Assembly (NCBI RefSeq): GCF_021028975.2
Contig: NC_059436.1
Location: 35,960,001 to 36,024,000, forward strand
Length of the DNA: 64,000 bases
Direction: 5' to 3'
DNA from: Sphaerodactylus townsendi
Taxonomy: Eukaryota
Positions 35,835 to 47,755 of the stretch are shown in pieces. The notes beneath the pieces were generated by a model. It saw only the letters and a list, made by a program, of their open reading frames with translations. It searched no databases and was not told where the DNA came from. Both the position numbers and the translations under genes were made by a program. The stretch's first letter is position 1. The number at the start of each line of letters is the position of its first letter.

Positions 35835-36557
35835 ATGTTGAAACTACGGCTTTTGACATGGGATGTGAAAGATACTCTGCTTCGACTCCGGATTCCTGTG
35901 GGCGAGAGTTACGCTGCTGAGGCCCAGGCCCATGGCCTCCAAGTGGAAGCTGAAGTGCTCAACCGGACTTTCCACTGGGCCTACCAGGCTCAGGCCCAGC
36001 GCTTCCCCAACTATGGCCAAGACAGAGGCCTTAGCTCCAAACAGTGGTGGCTGGATGTAGTCATGGAAACCTTCCGGCTCTCAGGAGTCCATGAGGACAA
36101 AGTCCTCCTGCCCATTGCGGAGAAACTGTATTATGATTACTGTAGCAATCGCACCTGGGAGTTGCTACCGGGTGCCAGCAAGACCCTCCAGCAGTGCCGG
36201 CAGTTAGGTATCTGCATGGGTGTCATCTCCAACTTTGACCGGAGGCTGCCAGAGATTCTGGCTCAGTGTGGCCTCCAGCAGCACTTTGAATTTGTCTTGA
36301 GCCCCGAGAATGTGGGCTTTGCTAAGCCAGACAAGAGGATTTTTCTGGAAGCCCTGCGAATCTCTGGGGTACCCCCTCCCTTAGCAGCGCACGTTGGGGA
36401 CGACTACATGAACGATTACAGGGCACCGAGGGAGGCAGGGATGCACAGTTTCCTAATTATGACAGCCAGGAAAACTGACAGCTGGGAGGCAGAAGTGCCT
36501 CAAGAGCATATCTTGTCCACACTCACAGACTTGCCCTCTCTTATAGAGAAAGGCTAA
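35835..36557 (+). CDS. HDHD3: Haloacid dehalogenase-like hydrolase domain-containing protein 3 (240 aa, single coding exon)
   Basis: MLKLRLLTWDVKDTLLRLR start; HAD motifs (VISNFD, KPD, HVGDD); synteny; AATAAA 37154-37159. Confidence 0.95.
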   Translation: MLKLRLLTWDVKDTLLRLRIPVGESYAAEAQAHGLQVEAEVLNRTFHWAYQAQAQRFPNYGQDRGLSSKQWWLDVVMETFRLSGVHEDKVLLPIAEKLYYDYCSNRTWELLPGASKTLQQCRQLGICMGVISNFDRRLPEILAQCGLQQHFEFVLSPENVGFAKPDKRIFLEALRISGVPPPLAAHVGDDYMNDYRAPREAGMHSFLIMTARKTDSWEAEVPQEHILSTLTDLPSLIEKG

Positions 36558-38182
36558 CTCAGGGCCTTCAATACTGTGCACAATTCCTGTTGAAGCCCTT
36601 CCTGGATTGGACTGTTCGCCATTAAACCGAAGTCCATTGAAGTCAAGGGGCTTAGCAAAGTATGACTCTGCTTATGATTTTACAGTTAGAATAGTATGGG
36701 GTTGTTGATTTGTTTTGATTTTATGTACTTCTACAGTAAAAAAAAGAAGAAAATGTAGGAAGCTAGCACACCATACAAAGAGACTGTCACCTGGCCCTTG
36801 CCATGACATGCTCCCTTCCCTCACACAAGCAGCTTTTTATATGGAAAATTCTTTTAAAATATCCTGTCCCACTTATAGATCAGAAGTGGCACAGGCAGGA
36901 AGGATTATGCCACAAGATTTTACATGGTATTTAGAAAGCAGAAAAGCAGAGCAGGAAGAAGAGAAGCCTCATGTCTAACAACCTGATGAAAAACCACATG
37001 AGCAAACCAACCAATAGAACTGTGACCTTTGATATTTCATGTTTCTAGTTCCAGTTAGCTTAGCAGCTGCCATTAACAGAGTAAAATCCAGTGTTTCTGA
37101 GACCAACCTCTTTCCTTCCGCTTTTTTTAAGTAACACATTTTGTTTAACACACAATAAATTTCTGTCTTGACTGGGATCAGTCTCTCACCAAATGAGTCT
37201 GCTCAGCAGATGAAAAGGTATGGATTGGAGGCAGAGTATTGAAGAAACAGCAGCCTGCTCAATGAAAGGTGGGAAGTCTTGAACTCAGGTCTTCCCACTT
37301 CAAGCCTTATTTTGTGGAAAACTGTGGACATGCATATTGAGGTGGGGAGGAAACAATGGACCATAGGTCATAAATGGGGCAGTGACATGTTTGGGGCCAG
37401 GGACTCCAAGAACACACAAGTATGCTGGAAAGCAGAGTAGTACAAGGTAGGAAACACCTAACCCATTGTCTCCTTAAACTGCACATACATACACAGCACA
37501 AAGAGGCTTGGAGTGTTCCAGATTACAGTGGCAAATCTTCATTGAGTAGAAAAGGAAGTGTTCCCTGCTGTTTTTCAGATGGATGCTATTTTGCAAAACA
37601 AATCTAGTTTAAACTGACTTGTTCTGAAAATTCATACATCCTTTTCCTAATACATAATGCCTCTCTTGTAATGTACTGCAACTTTCTAGGGCATTTGTCT
37701 CTAGGAAAATGGGATGAGTTTCTATAAAGCCGCTGCTGAGGTTTTGATTACATTATGAAATGCAGTTTCATGAATTTCAGGGCAGCGCATTGGCCCGTAT
37801 CTGACAGCTACAGTGATAAATCTGCCATATGCATAGTGCCTGTACTTTTTGCTGGCTGCAAGGCAGAATTAAAGTTCTGTTCCCCGAGGCTGTGTGTGGT
37901 GCAATTCTATAGCAGCACAGAATGTAACAATGGATGCAGGAATTAACTTCCTCAAAATGTTAGGTTTTGTTAAAAAACAAATAGCTGATAAAGTGCTTTA
38001 TACTTGCACTTATACTTGTGAAAAAAAATATTTAACAGTTCATAGACACTGCTTGTGACCAGAGGGGAAGCTGAAAAAGACTTCTACTGGTTGGGGCTTT
38101 TTGGCCCTGTTAGGAGCTAGCAAAACGCTAATAAATCATGCATGATAGTAAAAAAAAAGCAGATTTGGTTACAAGGAAACAG

Positions 38183-38465
38183 GAAGAAGAATTCGGATTT
38201 ATACCTTGCTTTTCTCTCCTGTAAGGAGACTCAAGGCAGCTTACAAACTCCTTCCCTTCCCGTCCCCACAATAGACACCTTGGAAGCTAGATTGGGCTGA
38301 GAGAGCTGTGACTTACCCAAGGTCATCCAGCAGGAATGTAGGAGTGGGGAAACAAATCTGGTTCACCAGATAAGAATCAGCCACTCATGTAGAGGAATAG
38401 GGAATCAAACATAGTTCTCCAGACTAGAGTCCACCTACTCTTAACCTCTACATCATGCTGGCTCC
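38183..38465 (-). mobile_element. Squam3-like SINE
   Basis: Same family; close to the 62137-62419 copy. Confidence 0.8.
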
Positions 38466-39370
38466 CAAGAGCAATTATATGCAAATATGCTAAATGTATA
38501 TAATTTATGCAGGTCAAAACTTCAGTTTCACTCGGCAAAGAAATTGGAGTGTATAGGAAAGAATTCTTGTTATTGTTTTAGCATGGGTGACCAAACAACC
38601 CCTTGCTGTTTCCCCTATCTCTTGGGACATGATTGGGAAGAGTCCTGGCTAAAACAAAGCACTTACTTTGTACACAGAAAGTCTCAGGTTCAATGCCTGA
38701 CATTGCTAGTCAAAGAGATCTCAGCTAGAGGGTCTTGGGAAAGTCCCTGGGGTAACACTACAGTCAAAAGAGACAACACAGCCTTAGAAGGGCCAGCGGT
38801 CTGACTCAGTAAAAGGCAGCATCATATGAATAGATAAAACATAAATTTTAATGACCACATAAAATGACCCTTCGAACACATGTCCCATACTGAGGCATCA
38901 GCACTGCCTGTCACATAAGTACCCTCCACTCTCTCTCTTTCACATAGACTGCCAAACCACTAGCCAGTGTAGATTGATTGTATTACCCCACCAAGTGGCA
39001 AGGAGAATGTTCCTATCCACTGGAATCCAAACATGGTGGAATAACTGGTAAAGTGGCTGACTCTGGATGTTAAAGTTTAAAAGTTTTAAAAGTTTAATTT
39101 GTCACATTCCTGGAGTTTCTGGATACCCTCAGTTTCCTCCTCTCTAGCCAATTAAGTAGCAGAAATAATTTCACTTGCCATTTCAGTTATGCTTTGGGTG
39201 TGTCCGATTTTCTGAGCTTGTAAAATTGTAAGGAACCCGAACGCCACAAATTTCAAGGAGCCATAAATGTTGGATAATCCACACGCATCCATGCAGTTTT
39301 AGCAAATAATCTCAGTGTTCACAGAAGATAAGTTTGACCTCACAAAGGGTATCTCAACAGAGTCTCACTC

Positions 39371-39891
39371 TCACCGTATCAGTGAGATGCTTTGATCAGT
39401 TACAGCCAAGGCTGGGTAGATGGGAGCAGTGAAGTTTTCATGGTGTGCATGCAGAACAACGCAGGATTCTGGGTCGTAAAACAATAGCTCTCCCACATCC
39501 AAGTCTACCAGGATCCCAATTTCCATCGGGCACTTGAGGAGGTCCACTGTCTGGTGGCAACCGTCATGTGAAAACCGAAACTCCTTGTCATAGCGGGAAA
39601 AGACCCAGGAGAATGGATTGTAGCCCAGACGGGCTTCAGGACCCATTCCCTTTCGTGGCAGTGATTTATATGAGATACCCAGCTTGTATGCGCCGCTGTT
39701 TGCCACGCTGACTCTCCATGCGTGTGTCCCTTTACGGAATGATTCTTCAGCCAAGGCATTGGGCCAGTGGTCAAACCGTTCTGGACCATCGATGTCATTC
39801 TTGATTTTCTTAGGACTAAAGGTCAACGTTTTCTTGTCTTCCGAGAGCATCAATAGCGGGCCGACTGTTTTCTCATCAATGTGGACGTCAT
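39371..39891 (-). CDS. BSPRY: BSPRY last exon, PRY/SPRY (B30.2) domain
   Basis: GPERFDHWPNALA...FSWVFSRYD.EFRFSH...DQSISLIR*; acceptor GTACAG chosen by phase. Confidence 0.93.
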
Positions 39892-40428
39892 CTGTACTGG
39901 GAGGATACCAAGCTGGTTAGTGCATGTTTGGCAGGCACTTTGCATGAGAGATATGTGCCACAGGGTACTTCTTTATGCATCAGAAATAATGAAGTTGATT
40001 TCTATGGCCTTTCATATTCGGCTTAAAGTCCATAAGCAAAACATTTTTTTTTCTAAAATGCAGACATCCCTTAGAACCCAAGCACTTAAAAACAGAACCT
40101 GCCGTTTCAAATTTGAATTTCCAGATTGTAATACCCCTTTGCAAACTTTTTGATTCTAACTTTACAAAACGGGCATTTTGACAACCTATGTATCGTGCTG
40201 TTTTGCCATACACATGCCATTCTGTCGTAAACAGACTGTTACCAAGCAGTCTCGGAAGCAGCTCACAGCCGGTTCAGCAGTTTAATGTAATCAAGCATCT
40301 GGTACAGAAGGTGTAACAGAGCCAAGCCCAAAGCAAGATCTAAAACCAGGTTCAGCCAACAGAAGCATAAACAGTGGCTTTCAGGTCCAAGCACGACATT
40401 GCTGCCACAACGCAGCTTGACTTCCAAC

Positions 40429-40564
40429 CAGTGGCGGGATTCAGCCGGTTCGCACCACTTCGGTAGAACCAGTTGTTAAAATGGTGCTTGTAAAATACTA
40501 GTTGCTAAATTATTTGAATCCCACCACCGGAACCGGTTGTTAAATTAGTTGAATCTCACCACTG
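40429..40564. mobile_element. hAT MITE (second copy 50628-50763)
   Basis: CAGTGGCGGGATTCA...TGAATCTCACCACTG; exact 8-bp TSD CTTCCAAC. Confidence 0.88.
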
Positions 40565-41012
40565 CTTCCAACCCCTTATAAAGCAAATATCCCACCTGCC
40601 AGTGCAAAAACCTCATGTAGCTGCATTACTTCAGTGTGGCTCCTGCAGAGACTTATTGAGCCCAGCTCACCCCAGAGCTGCTAGCCTGCTGCTGCGTCTC
40701 CTTTCCAGCAAACTGGCACGCAGCTTCCTCCATCATTGCTCCTGGGGCTCCAGAGAAAAAGGGGGCAAGAGAGCTGGCAGGGCCTCCCCTGGTTTGGTGT
40801 CAGGAGGCTGAGGAATCTCAGAGCTGGGGCTTGGCTGTGGCTCCCAGCCTGTTCGCTCTGTCTGAGTCTCTGGACCTGGTCTTGCAGGTGCTACTGGAGG
40901 CTCAAGCTCTGAGACTATAGGCATTACCTGGCACGCTCTGGGGCCAAAGCTGTGCCCTCTGCCCAGTCTGAGTCCTCCTGAGGAGCAGCCCAGTCTGAGT
41001 CCTGCTGTGGAG

Positions 41013-41308
41013 CAGCAGTGGCATAGTGGTTAAGAGCAGGTGTACTCTAATCTGGAGGAACTGGGTTTGATTTCCCGCTCTGCCACCAGAGCTGTGGAGG
41101 CTTATCTGGGGAATTCAGATTAGCCTGTATGCTTCAACACATGCCAGCTGGGTGACCTTGGGCTAGTCACAGTTCTTCTGAGCTCTCTCAGCCCCACCTA
41201 CCTCACAGGGTGTTTGTTGTGAGGGGGGAAGGGCAAGGAGATTGTAAGCCCCTTTGAGTCTCCTATAGGAGAGAAAGAAGGGATATAAATCTCAACTCTT
41301 CTTCTTCT
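41013..41308 (+). mobile_element. Squam3-like SINE, full length
   Basis: Head, CORE and (CTT)n tail intact. Confidence 0.88.
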
Positions 41309-41671
41309 CCTCTAAAGAGTCCCCGAATATACTTGGCTGGGCCATAAGACATACATGGAAGTTCATAACATGTAAAACACAAAATAGATGTAAAACTGCA
41401 GTCAAACAAAAGCAGTTCATAATAAGCAACACAGATCATTAGATCAATTTAAAAAGGGGGTCGCTCACAAACTTACCAGTTGGTCATATAACCAACAGAA
41501 TAAAAGTTTCAGGGCATAAATGACAAGTGCCCTTTGGAATAAAAGTTAATGCAACTTTCTAGATGGTCACAAGGAAGCAGCCTGACAAGTCTTTAGGGGT
41601 AGGAAAGGCCAAACCCTGTGGACCACAGCTTCAAAAGCCTAGACCCACTGGTCGTCAGCCTCCACCTAGAC

Positions 41672-42106
41672 CAGGGGTAGGGAACCTTTAACACTCAAAG
41701 AGCCATTTGGACCCGTTTTCCACGGGAAAAGAAAACACTTGGAGCCGCAAATAATTTTTGACATTTAAAATAAAGATAACACTGTATATATTGGGGGTTT
41801 TTTACCTTTTACTCCACTCATTCTGAGAAGCGCATGGATGCGCCCGCCCTGCTGCCTGCCAGGCGGGCAAGGATGGGGCCAGTGGCTCAGCCTCGCCGTC
41901 CACCGGGAAAGCGCCCACCCCGCCCCAAACGGGGCGGGCGAGAAGGGAAGCCTGCGGCGCAGCCCAGCCGTCCACGGGCAGTTGGTGCGCCCGCCCTGCT
42001 GCCTGCAGGGCAGGCAAGGATGAAGCCGGCGGCTTGGCTCGTGGAGCCGCAGTGCAAGGGCAAAAGAGCCGCATGCGGCTCTCGAGCCGCAGGTTCCCTA
42101 CCCCTG
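41672..42106. mobile_element. Non-autonomous hAT element with GC-rich internal repeat
   Basis: TIR CAGGGGTAGGGAACC; exact TSD ACCTAGAC. Confidence 0.9.
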
Positions 42107-42545
42107 ACCTAGACAGAGGGGTCATACAGATGATCACTTGGGGGAATTGTATTCAGCTTTCTTAAGAGGAGAGGGCCTGTAGCTCATGGCAGAGCACATC
42201 TGTTTGGCATCCAGAAGGGCCCAGGTTCAGTTCCCAGCATTGCAGTTTAGAGGTTCAGGCGGGAAGTGCTGTCAAAGGCCTTTGACTGAGACTCTGGAGA
42301 ACGGCAGCCAGTCCAAGCAGGCAACACTGACGTTGATGGTCTAACTTAGCATAAGGCAGTTTCATCGCATCAGTTCAACTGCAGCTGAGTGCATGCATGT
42401 AGCTAAACGGTTTTCCAGGAGTGAATTCTGTGGAACTAAAGACAATTTCAGACACTCAATTCAATAATTGACACCTGCTTTAGTATTTAGAGAGGACAAT
42501 ATGGGCAAAACAATCCTGAGTCCTCCTAGAGGATGAAAAACTGAC

Positions 42546-42670
42546 CTGAGTTCCAGCACAGAACAGCAGCGGCCCATAACCGGCTCATCAACGGACTCTG
42601 GATACACTGTGGGTTAAAGTTTAACTTCTCAGATTCCCGCGGTTTCAGGATCCCCTCAGCTTCCTCCATT
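42546..42670 (-). CDS. BSPRY: BSPRY exon 5 (MEEAEGILKPRESEKLNFNPQCIQSPLMSRLWAAAVLCWNS)
   Basis: GCTAG/GTCAG boundaries, 125 nt, phase consistent. Confidence 0.92.
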
Positions 42671-44061
42671 CTAGCCAATGAAACAAAGAAGTCATTGTAC
42701 TTGGCATTTAACTTATACTTTTGCAGTGTAGCCATACAATGGCCAGTGAGGGGCAGGTTAGGACAGATTTGGTCTTTCCTATATGCACTACCTGCATTTC
42801 TCACAGCACTTCTAACCTTGCAAGGTAGGCCAGAGGTATTAGAGCCGTACGCCTAAGTATCTTAGCTATGTGGGTATCTTTTACTCTTCATCCTCTTTTT
42901 TGCTCTCAATTGCCTTCACTTTCTGTCTACTGTTTTTATTGTTTAGGCAGTGCTTTTACACATCCTCTTAATTTCTGCTACTTTTATTGATGTTATCCTG
43001 CACTTTTAGCTCTTGGATAGTCTATCAATAGTGCGAACCGCCTCAAGTTCTTTTTCAGTGGAGTGGTGGCTCATAAATGTTTTCAACTAACTAAATAATT
43101 GTTCCATATGAGAAGTTGAGGCTGAGAGAAAGTGTCTTGCCCAAGGGCAGTTCATGAGTTTACAGCTGAGACTTGAATTCAAAACTTCCCTCCTCATCCT
43201 TACAGTCACCACACATCACTTATTTTTTTTAATAGACCATTCTGTGGGTCTCTAAATGGGTCCCAGTGGGACAGCAAATTATCAGTTTTCCTCCTAATGT
43301 TACTAAAGTTATGTAGCAGGTCTGTGACGATTTAGAAGGATGTTCGATGGCAGGTGAGCATCAGTATTTAAGCCCTAATCTTGAGCCATTTATGCGGCTA
43401 CAGAAAACAAGGCACACAACAACTAAAGACAGGTTCGTATCCCAGCGTTCATAGTTCTGCGGACTCAATTGGGCACCCAAACATTGCAGGACTATGGGAA
43501 TGGCTATGTACAATCTGTGCATCGGTTATTGCAACACATTGCAGTAACCGGAAATTTCAGGTGTATTTTGAAAATGACAAGACTAGTTCTGAAGACCAGC
43601 TATGCTCAAAAAGATGTCAACAATGCCTGGTAAAGTCTCAGGTGCATGAAAGGATGAAGGAACAATAACTGGAAAGTATCTGAAAGCATTTTGGTACTCC
43701 ATATGCTTTTTGGTTGGCCAAAGCAGAATAAATGGGGGAAGTGAAATCCTACACACCCTCTCTGCAATATAAATATACAGATACATAAATGCAAAGACAT
43801 AAGCAAATTTCATACAGAGGTAATACATATGCCCATTTTGCCTACATACACAAATTTGCTTCATTAAAATCATCTATGTATGTCATAAATTTCTGCAGAA
43901 TGTGGGTTCCATTCGACACACTTAATTTCTCATGCACAGTTCTGTGCATAGGACTATAACCAAGGCAAAACCACAGAACTGAGAGCAGCATGAACTGTGT
44001 GCTCATCCCATGTAAAAGAGGTGTGGTGGCATATAAAAACAAAAGAAACCAGAGAACTCAC

Positions 44062-44087
44062 CTTTCAAAGATTTCCTCTTCTGCCTG
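44062..44087 (-). CDS. BSPRY: BSPRY exon 4 micro-exon (QAEEEIFER)
   Basis: TCTCCAG/GTGAGT, 26 nt; restores phase between exons 3 and 5. Confidence 0.88.
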
Positions 44088-44920
44088 CTGGAGAAAAGGA
44101 AAGAGAAAGCATTACAAAAGGTGAAAATTACGTCCCATGAATCATCTTGGATATGCCCCAACATTATAGGTGCTGGGTGGGTATGATCAACCCCTTGGAT
44201 TAAGATTGTAAATTAAGGTGGAATAACACCCTTTTAAAAGAAGAGTGAGTGCCTCTGTTTTTAGCTCTTGGCGGAGGCAACCTCAAGACTGATAACATGG
44301 TTTGTGGCAAGCAGCCAGAATGTAATCCAAGGACCTCTTCAAAGGCAAGGCTTCTCATAGCTTAACCACTGAATCACACACAAACCTCCATCTCTCCACC
44401 AGGCTTAGTTCAAAACCACACAACAGAGAATAAGATGGCAGAACTCAGAGGTACTAGAATGCTCACTGCAAGTTTGGCAGAGTAAGCTTCAGCTCTCGAA
44501 AGCTCATATACACCCCACCCCACCCCCCAATCTTGTTGGTTTCTAAAAGGCTACTGGACTGGAATCTAGCTGTTCAGGTCTCAAGTGGCGGAATTCAGAT
44601 GTTCCTTTGAACAAAAACTCTCTGCAAACAGGAAGCTAGTGCAACAAGTCCAAAATATACTTCCACGTTGCTTTGCTATGTTGGTTTTTTTGTTTGAAGG
44701 TGACTTTTTTAAAACATAGGGGAGCAAAATGTCACCCTTTGTAACCTCTTCCTCCTGTAAGGTGGTGATGTCTTGAACCCTGGGCTTTGTCATGTCGTTC
44801 TCTTGCATGACCCCCAATCTTTATTCATCACGTCTGCAGCAGTGTTAACCAGGTCTTAGACCAAGTTCTAAAGATGGCGATCATCTAACTCTAGTGGATA
44901 TAGATACAACTATGCTGACT

Positions 44921-45137
44921 TGTGGAGGCTTATCTGGGGAACTGGATTAGTCTGTGTACTCCAACACATGCCAGTTGGGTGACCTTGGGCTAGTCACAGT
45001 TCTTTGCGCTCTCTCAGCCCCACCCACCTCACAGGGTGTTTCTTGGGGGTGGGGGGAAGGGAAAGGAGATTGTAAGCCCCTTTGAGTCTCATTGCAGGAG
45101 GGAAAAAGGAGATATAAATCCAAACTCTTCTTCTTCT
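44921..45137 (+). mobile_element. 5'-truncated Squam3-like SINE
   Basis: CORE and (CTT)n tail. Confidence 0.8.
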
Positions 45138-45503
45138 AATTGTGATTAAGGCTGGCAAGTTAGAAGTTGCACAGGAGAGGGAAGGGAGTGTGTGATTCTA
45201 CATTTGTTTCCTTAACCTGGGGAACGCACACAAAGATGGAAGGGTCCGACAATGAACAAAGCACAGCTGCCCCACTGTCAAAAGTGCAATAAACACAAAC
45301 CTCTGTCAATCATAGACTTCACCACCACTAGAGTTGCCAGCCTCCAGGTGAGGTCTGGAGATCTCCTGGAATTAAAACTGAACTCCAGGCTGCAGAGATT
45401 AGTTACTCGGGAGAAAACAGCTACTTTAAAGAGTGGGCTCTATGGCAATATACCACTGAAGTTCCTTCTCAAACCCTCTCCTACCCAAGCTATACCCCAA
45501 AAA

Positions 45504-45784
45504 CAGTGGCGTATCTGCCTAGGGACAAGGGGTACCCCTTGTCCCCAGGCGCCACTCTTCTGGTCACGTGGGGGGCGCAAAATCGGTCCCCCACGTGACC
45601 AGGAAGTCCTGCTGGGGGAGTCTGGGGGGGAGGTGGGCACCCTAAACCTTGCCCATGTCCATGGTGACATGGATGGGGTCAAGGGCAGTGGGGACGGAGC
45701 CAAGGTGGGCGGGGCAGGGGCAGAGCCTGGGGTGTCCTGGAGACAATTTGTCTCCGGGCGCCATTTACCCCTGGTACGCCTCTG
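45504..45784. mobile_element. hAT MITE nested in another repeat
   Basis: CAGTGGCGTA...TACGCCTCTG termini; exact 8-bp TSD CCCAAAAA. Confidence 0.85.
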
Positions 45785-45910
45785 CCCAAAAATCTCCCAA
45801 ACCAGAGCTGGCACCCTAACAACTACAAAGAGAGAGCAGTGAATCTGTAGTGTAAAGAAACTGCATGGCAAACAAACACTGCTCATGAATGATAAAGTGA
45901 AGACGGTTAC

Positions 45911-46141
45911 CACGAGGCCGTGGTCATCCTTAGCAGTGATCATGGTCACCAGATAAGTCCGGATGGCATCCAGCTTCCGCAGCGACTCGGTCCAGTGGAC
46001 GTGCTGGGTAAGGATATTCTGGTGGGCCCGTTCCTCCTCCGTATGCACCATCTCCAACAGCCGCTGCTCCTCGCTCTCGCAAACATTCCTCACGAGGTTC
46101 AGGCGACGGATCAAGACCTCTCGCGCACTGCTGGCTGCACT
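45911..46141 (-). CDS. BSPRY: BSPRY exon 3, coiled coil (SAASSAREVLIRRLNLVRNVCESEEQRLLE...DDHGLV)
   Basis: TTGGCAG/GTAACC, 231 nt. Confidence 0.93.
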
Positions 46142-46484
46142 CTGCCAAAATATAAAACGGGTGGAACCGTTCAGGGCTCCGGTTCCCCAGAATCAGCCTG
46201 TCGAGGAAATTCAGAGATTGCAACAACTGTGCTCACACAGAGGGTAACTCCACAGGGCTATTTAGGGAGGGGTGAGCCCCCTGGCATCACTTCCTAGTTC
46301 CTTTTTTAGGAGATCTCTCGTGGAATACCAAGATTACTTAAGCGATCCTGATGATACACTCCTGTTTACAAATACAGGAAGTCCACTCGGGCAACAGTCA
46401 TGGGGAGTACTGCAGAAGCCAGCAGCTGCTGGGTTATTCCACCCCACGCCCCCAAAAACCTAACAAGGATCTAACAGTCTAGAT

Positions 46485-47236
46485 CAGGGGTCGGGAACCC
46501 GCGGCTCGCGAGCCGCTGTTCTGCGGCTCCATGAGCGGAGCCGCTGGCCCCACCTTCGCCCGCCCTGCAGGCAGCAGGGCGGGCGCATCCTTCGCCCGCG
46601 GCCGGCTAGGCCGCGCCGCGGGCTTTGCCTCCTGCCCGCCCCGCTGCTTGCGGGGCGGGCGCTCTCCCGGCGGCCGGGCAGGCCGAGCCGCCGGGCCCCT
46701 CTTCGCTCGCCCTGCAGGAAGCAGGGCGGGCACATCTCTAGCCCGCGGCCGGCGAGGCCGCACCGCGGGCTTTGCCTCCTGCCCGCCCCGCTTCTTGCGG
46801 GGTGGGCGCTCTCCCGGCGGCCGGGCAGGCCAAGCCGCCGGGCCCCTCTTCGCTTGCCCTGCAGGAAGCAGGGCGGGCACATCTCTAGCCCGCGGCCGGC
46901 GAGGCCGCACCGCGGGCTTTGCCTCCTGCCCGCCCTGCTGCTTGCGGGGCGGGCGCTCTCCCGGCGGCCGGGCAGGCCGGGCAGGCCGAGCCGCCGGGCC
47001 CCTCTTCGCCCCCTGACTTTGCTGGTTGCGGGGCCGCCGGCCCCATCCTCACCTGCCCTGCAGGCGGGGGGGGTGAGCGGGGGGAGGGAGGGCGAGCGAG
47101 TTGGCGGGGGAGCGGACGGGGGGCGAGCGAGTGGGTGGGGGGGTGAGCGGGGGTGTGCCAAATGGCTCTTTGGTGGTGAGCCAAATTTGGTGGTGAGCCA
47201 AATGGCTCTTTGAGGGGAAAAGGTTCCCGACCCCTG
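46485..47236. mobile_element. Non-autonomous hAT element with three 147-bp GC-rich tandem units
   Basis: TIR CAGGGGTCGGGAACC; exact TSD GTCTAGAT; CCTGCAGG at 46564, 46711, 46858. Confidence 0.92.
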
Positions 47237-47619
47237 GTCTAGATTGGTGCAGCATAATGGTGAAAAGAATAAGCTGTGATCCCAAGGTCACCTCAGATAC
47301 ACACTCAACCCAGTGGCCTTATATGAGCTGCTTAGTTCCCTCATCTGCACTAAGACTGGCCTAAAAGATTGTCTGTCATCAGGGAGTACATATTAGGGAT
47401 GTCCGACTGGATGGAGTCTGTGAGTTACTGGTAGTTCACCAGCTGCTGCAAAACAGCTTGTTCAACCTTGATGATCCAGGAAAAGATCCCAAAAAGATCT
47501 GAGCTAGGGTGGTTTTTGTTTCCAAAGCATTTTCTGCCAGTGGATTTTTCTGTAAAGGGCTTTTCTGTTAAGTGGCTTAGCTGATGGCTTCATCCCTGCT
47601 CCAGGCCCTCTTCCTAGGA

Positions 47620-47755
47620 CAGTGAGAGCGAACCTTTTCGAGACCGAGTGCCCAAATTGCAACCCAAAACCCACTTATTTATCTCAAAGTGCCAACGCGG
47701 CAATTTAACCTGAACAACCACCTTTGGCACCTGTGCCTTAGGTTCGCCACCACTG
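47620..47755. mobile_element. hAT MITE
   Basis: CAGTGAGAGCGAACC...GGTTCGCCACCACTG; exact TSD TCCTAGGA. Confidence 0.85.

Noticed and set aside
41013-41085. tRNA genes at SINE heads
   Set aside because: A/B-box-like heads continue into SINE bodies and show no intact cloverleaf.
46479-47213. Several 100-225 aa ORFs
   Set aside because: Products of the GC-rich 147-bp tandem repeat inside a TSD-bounded non-autonomous transposon.
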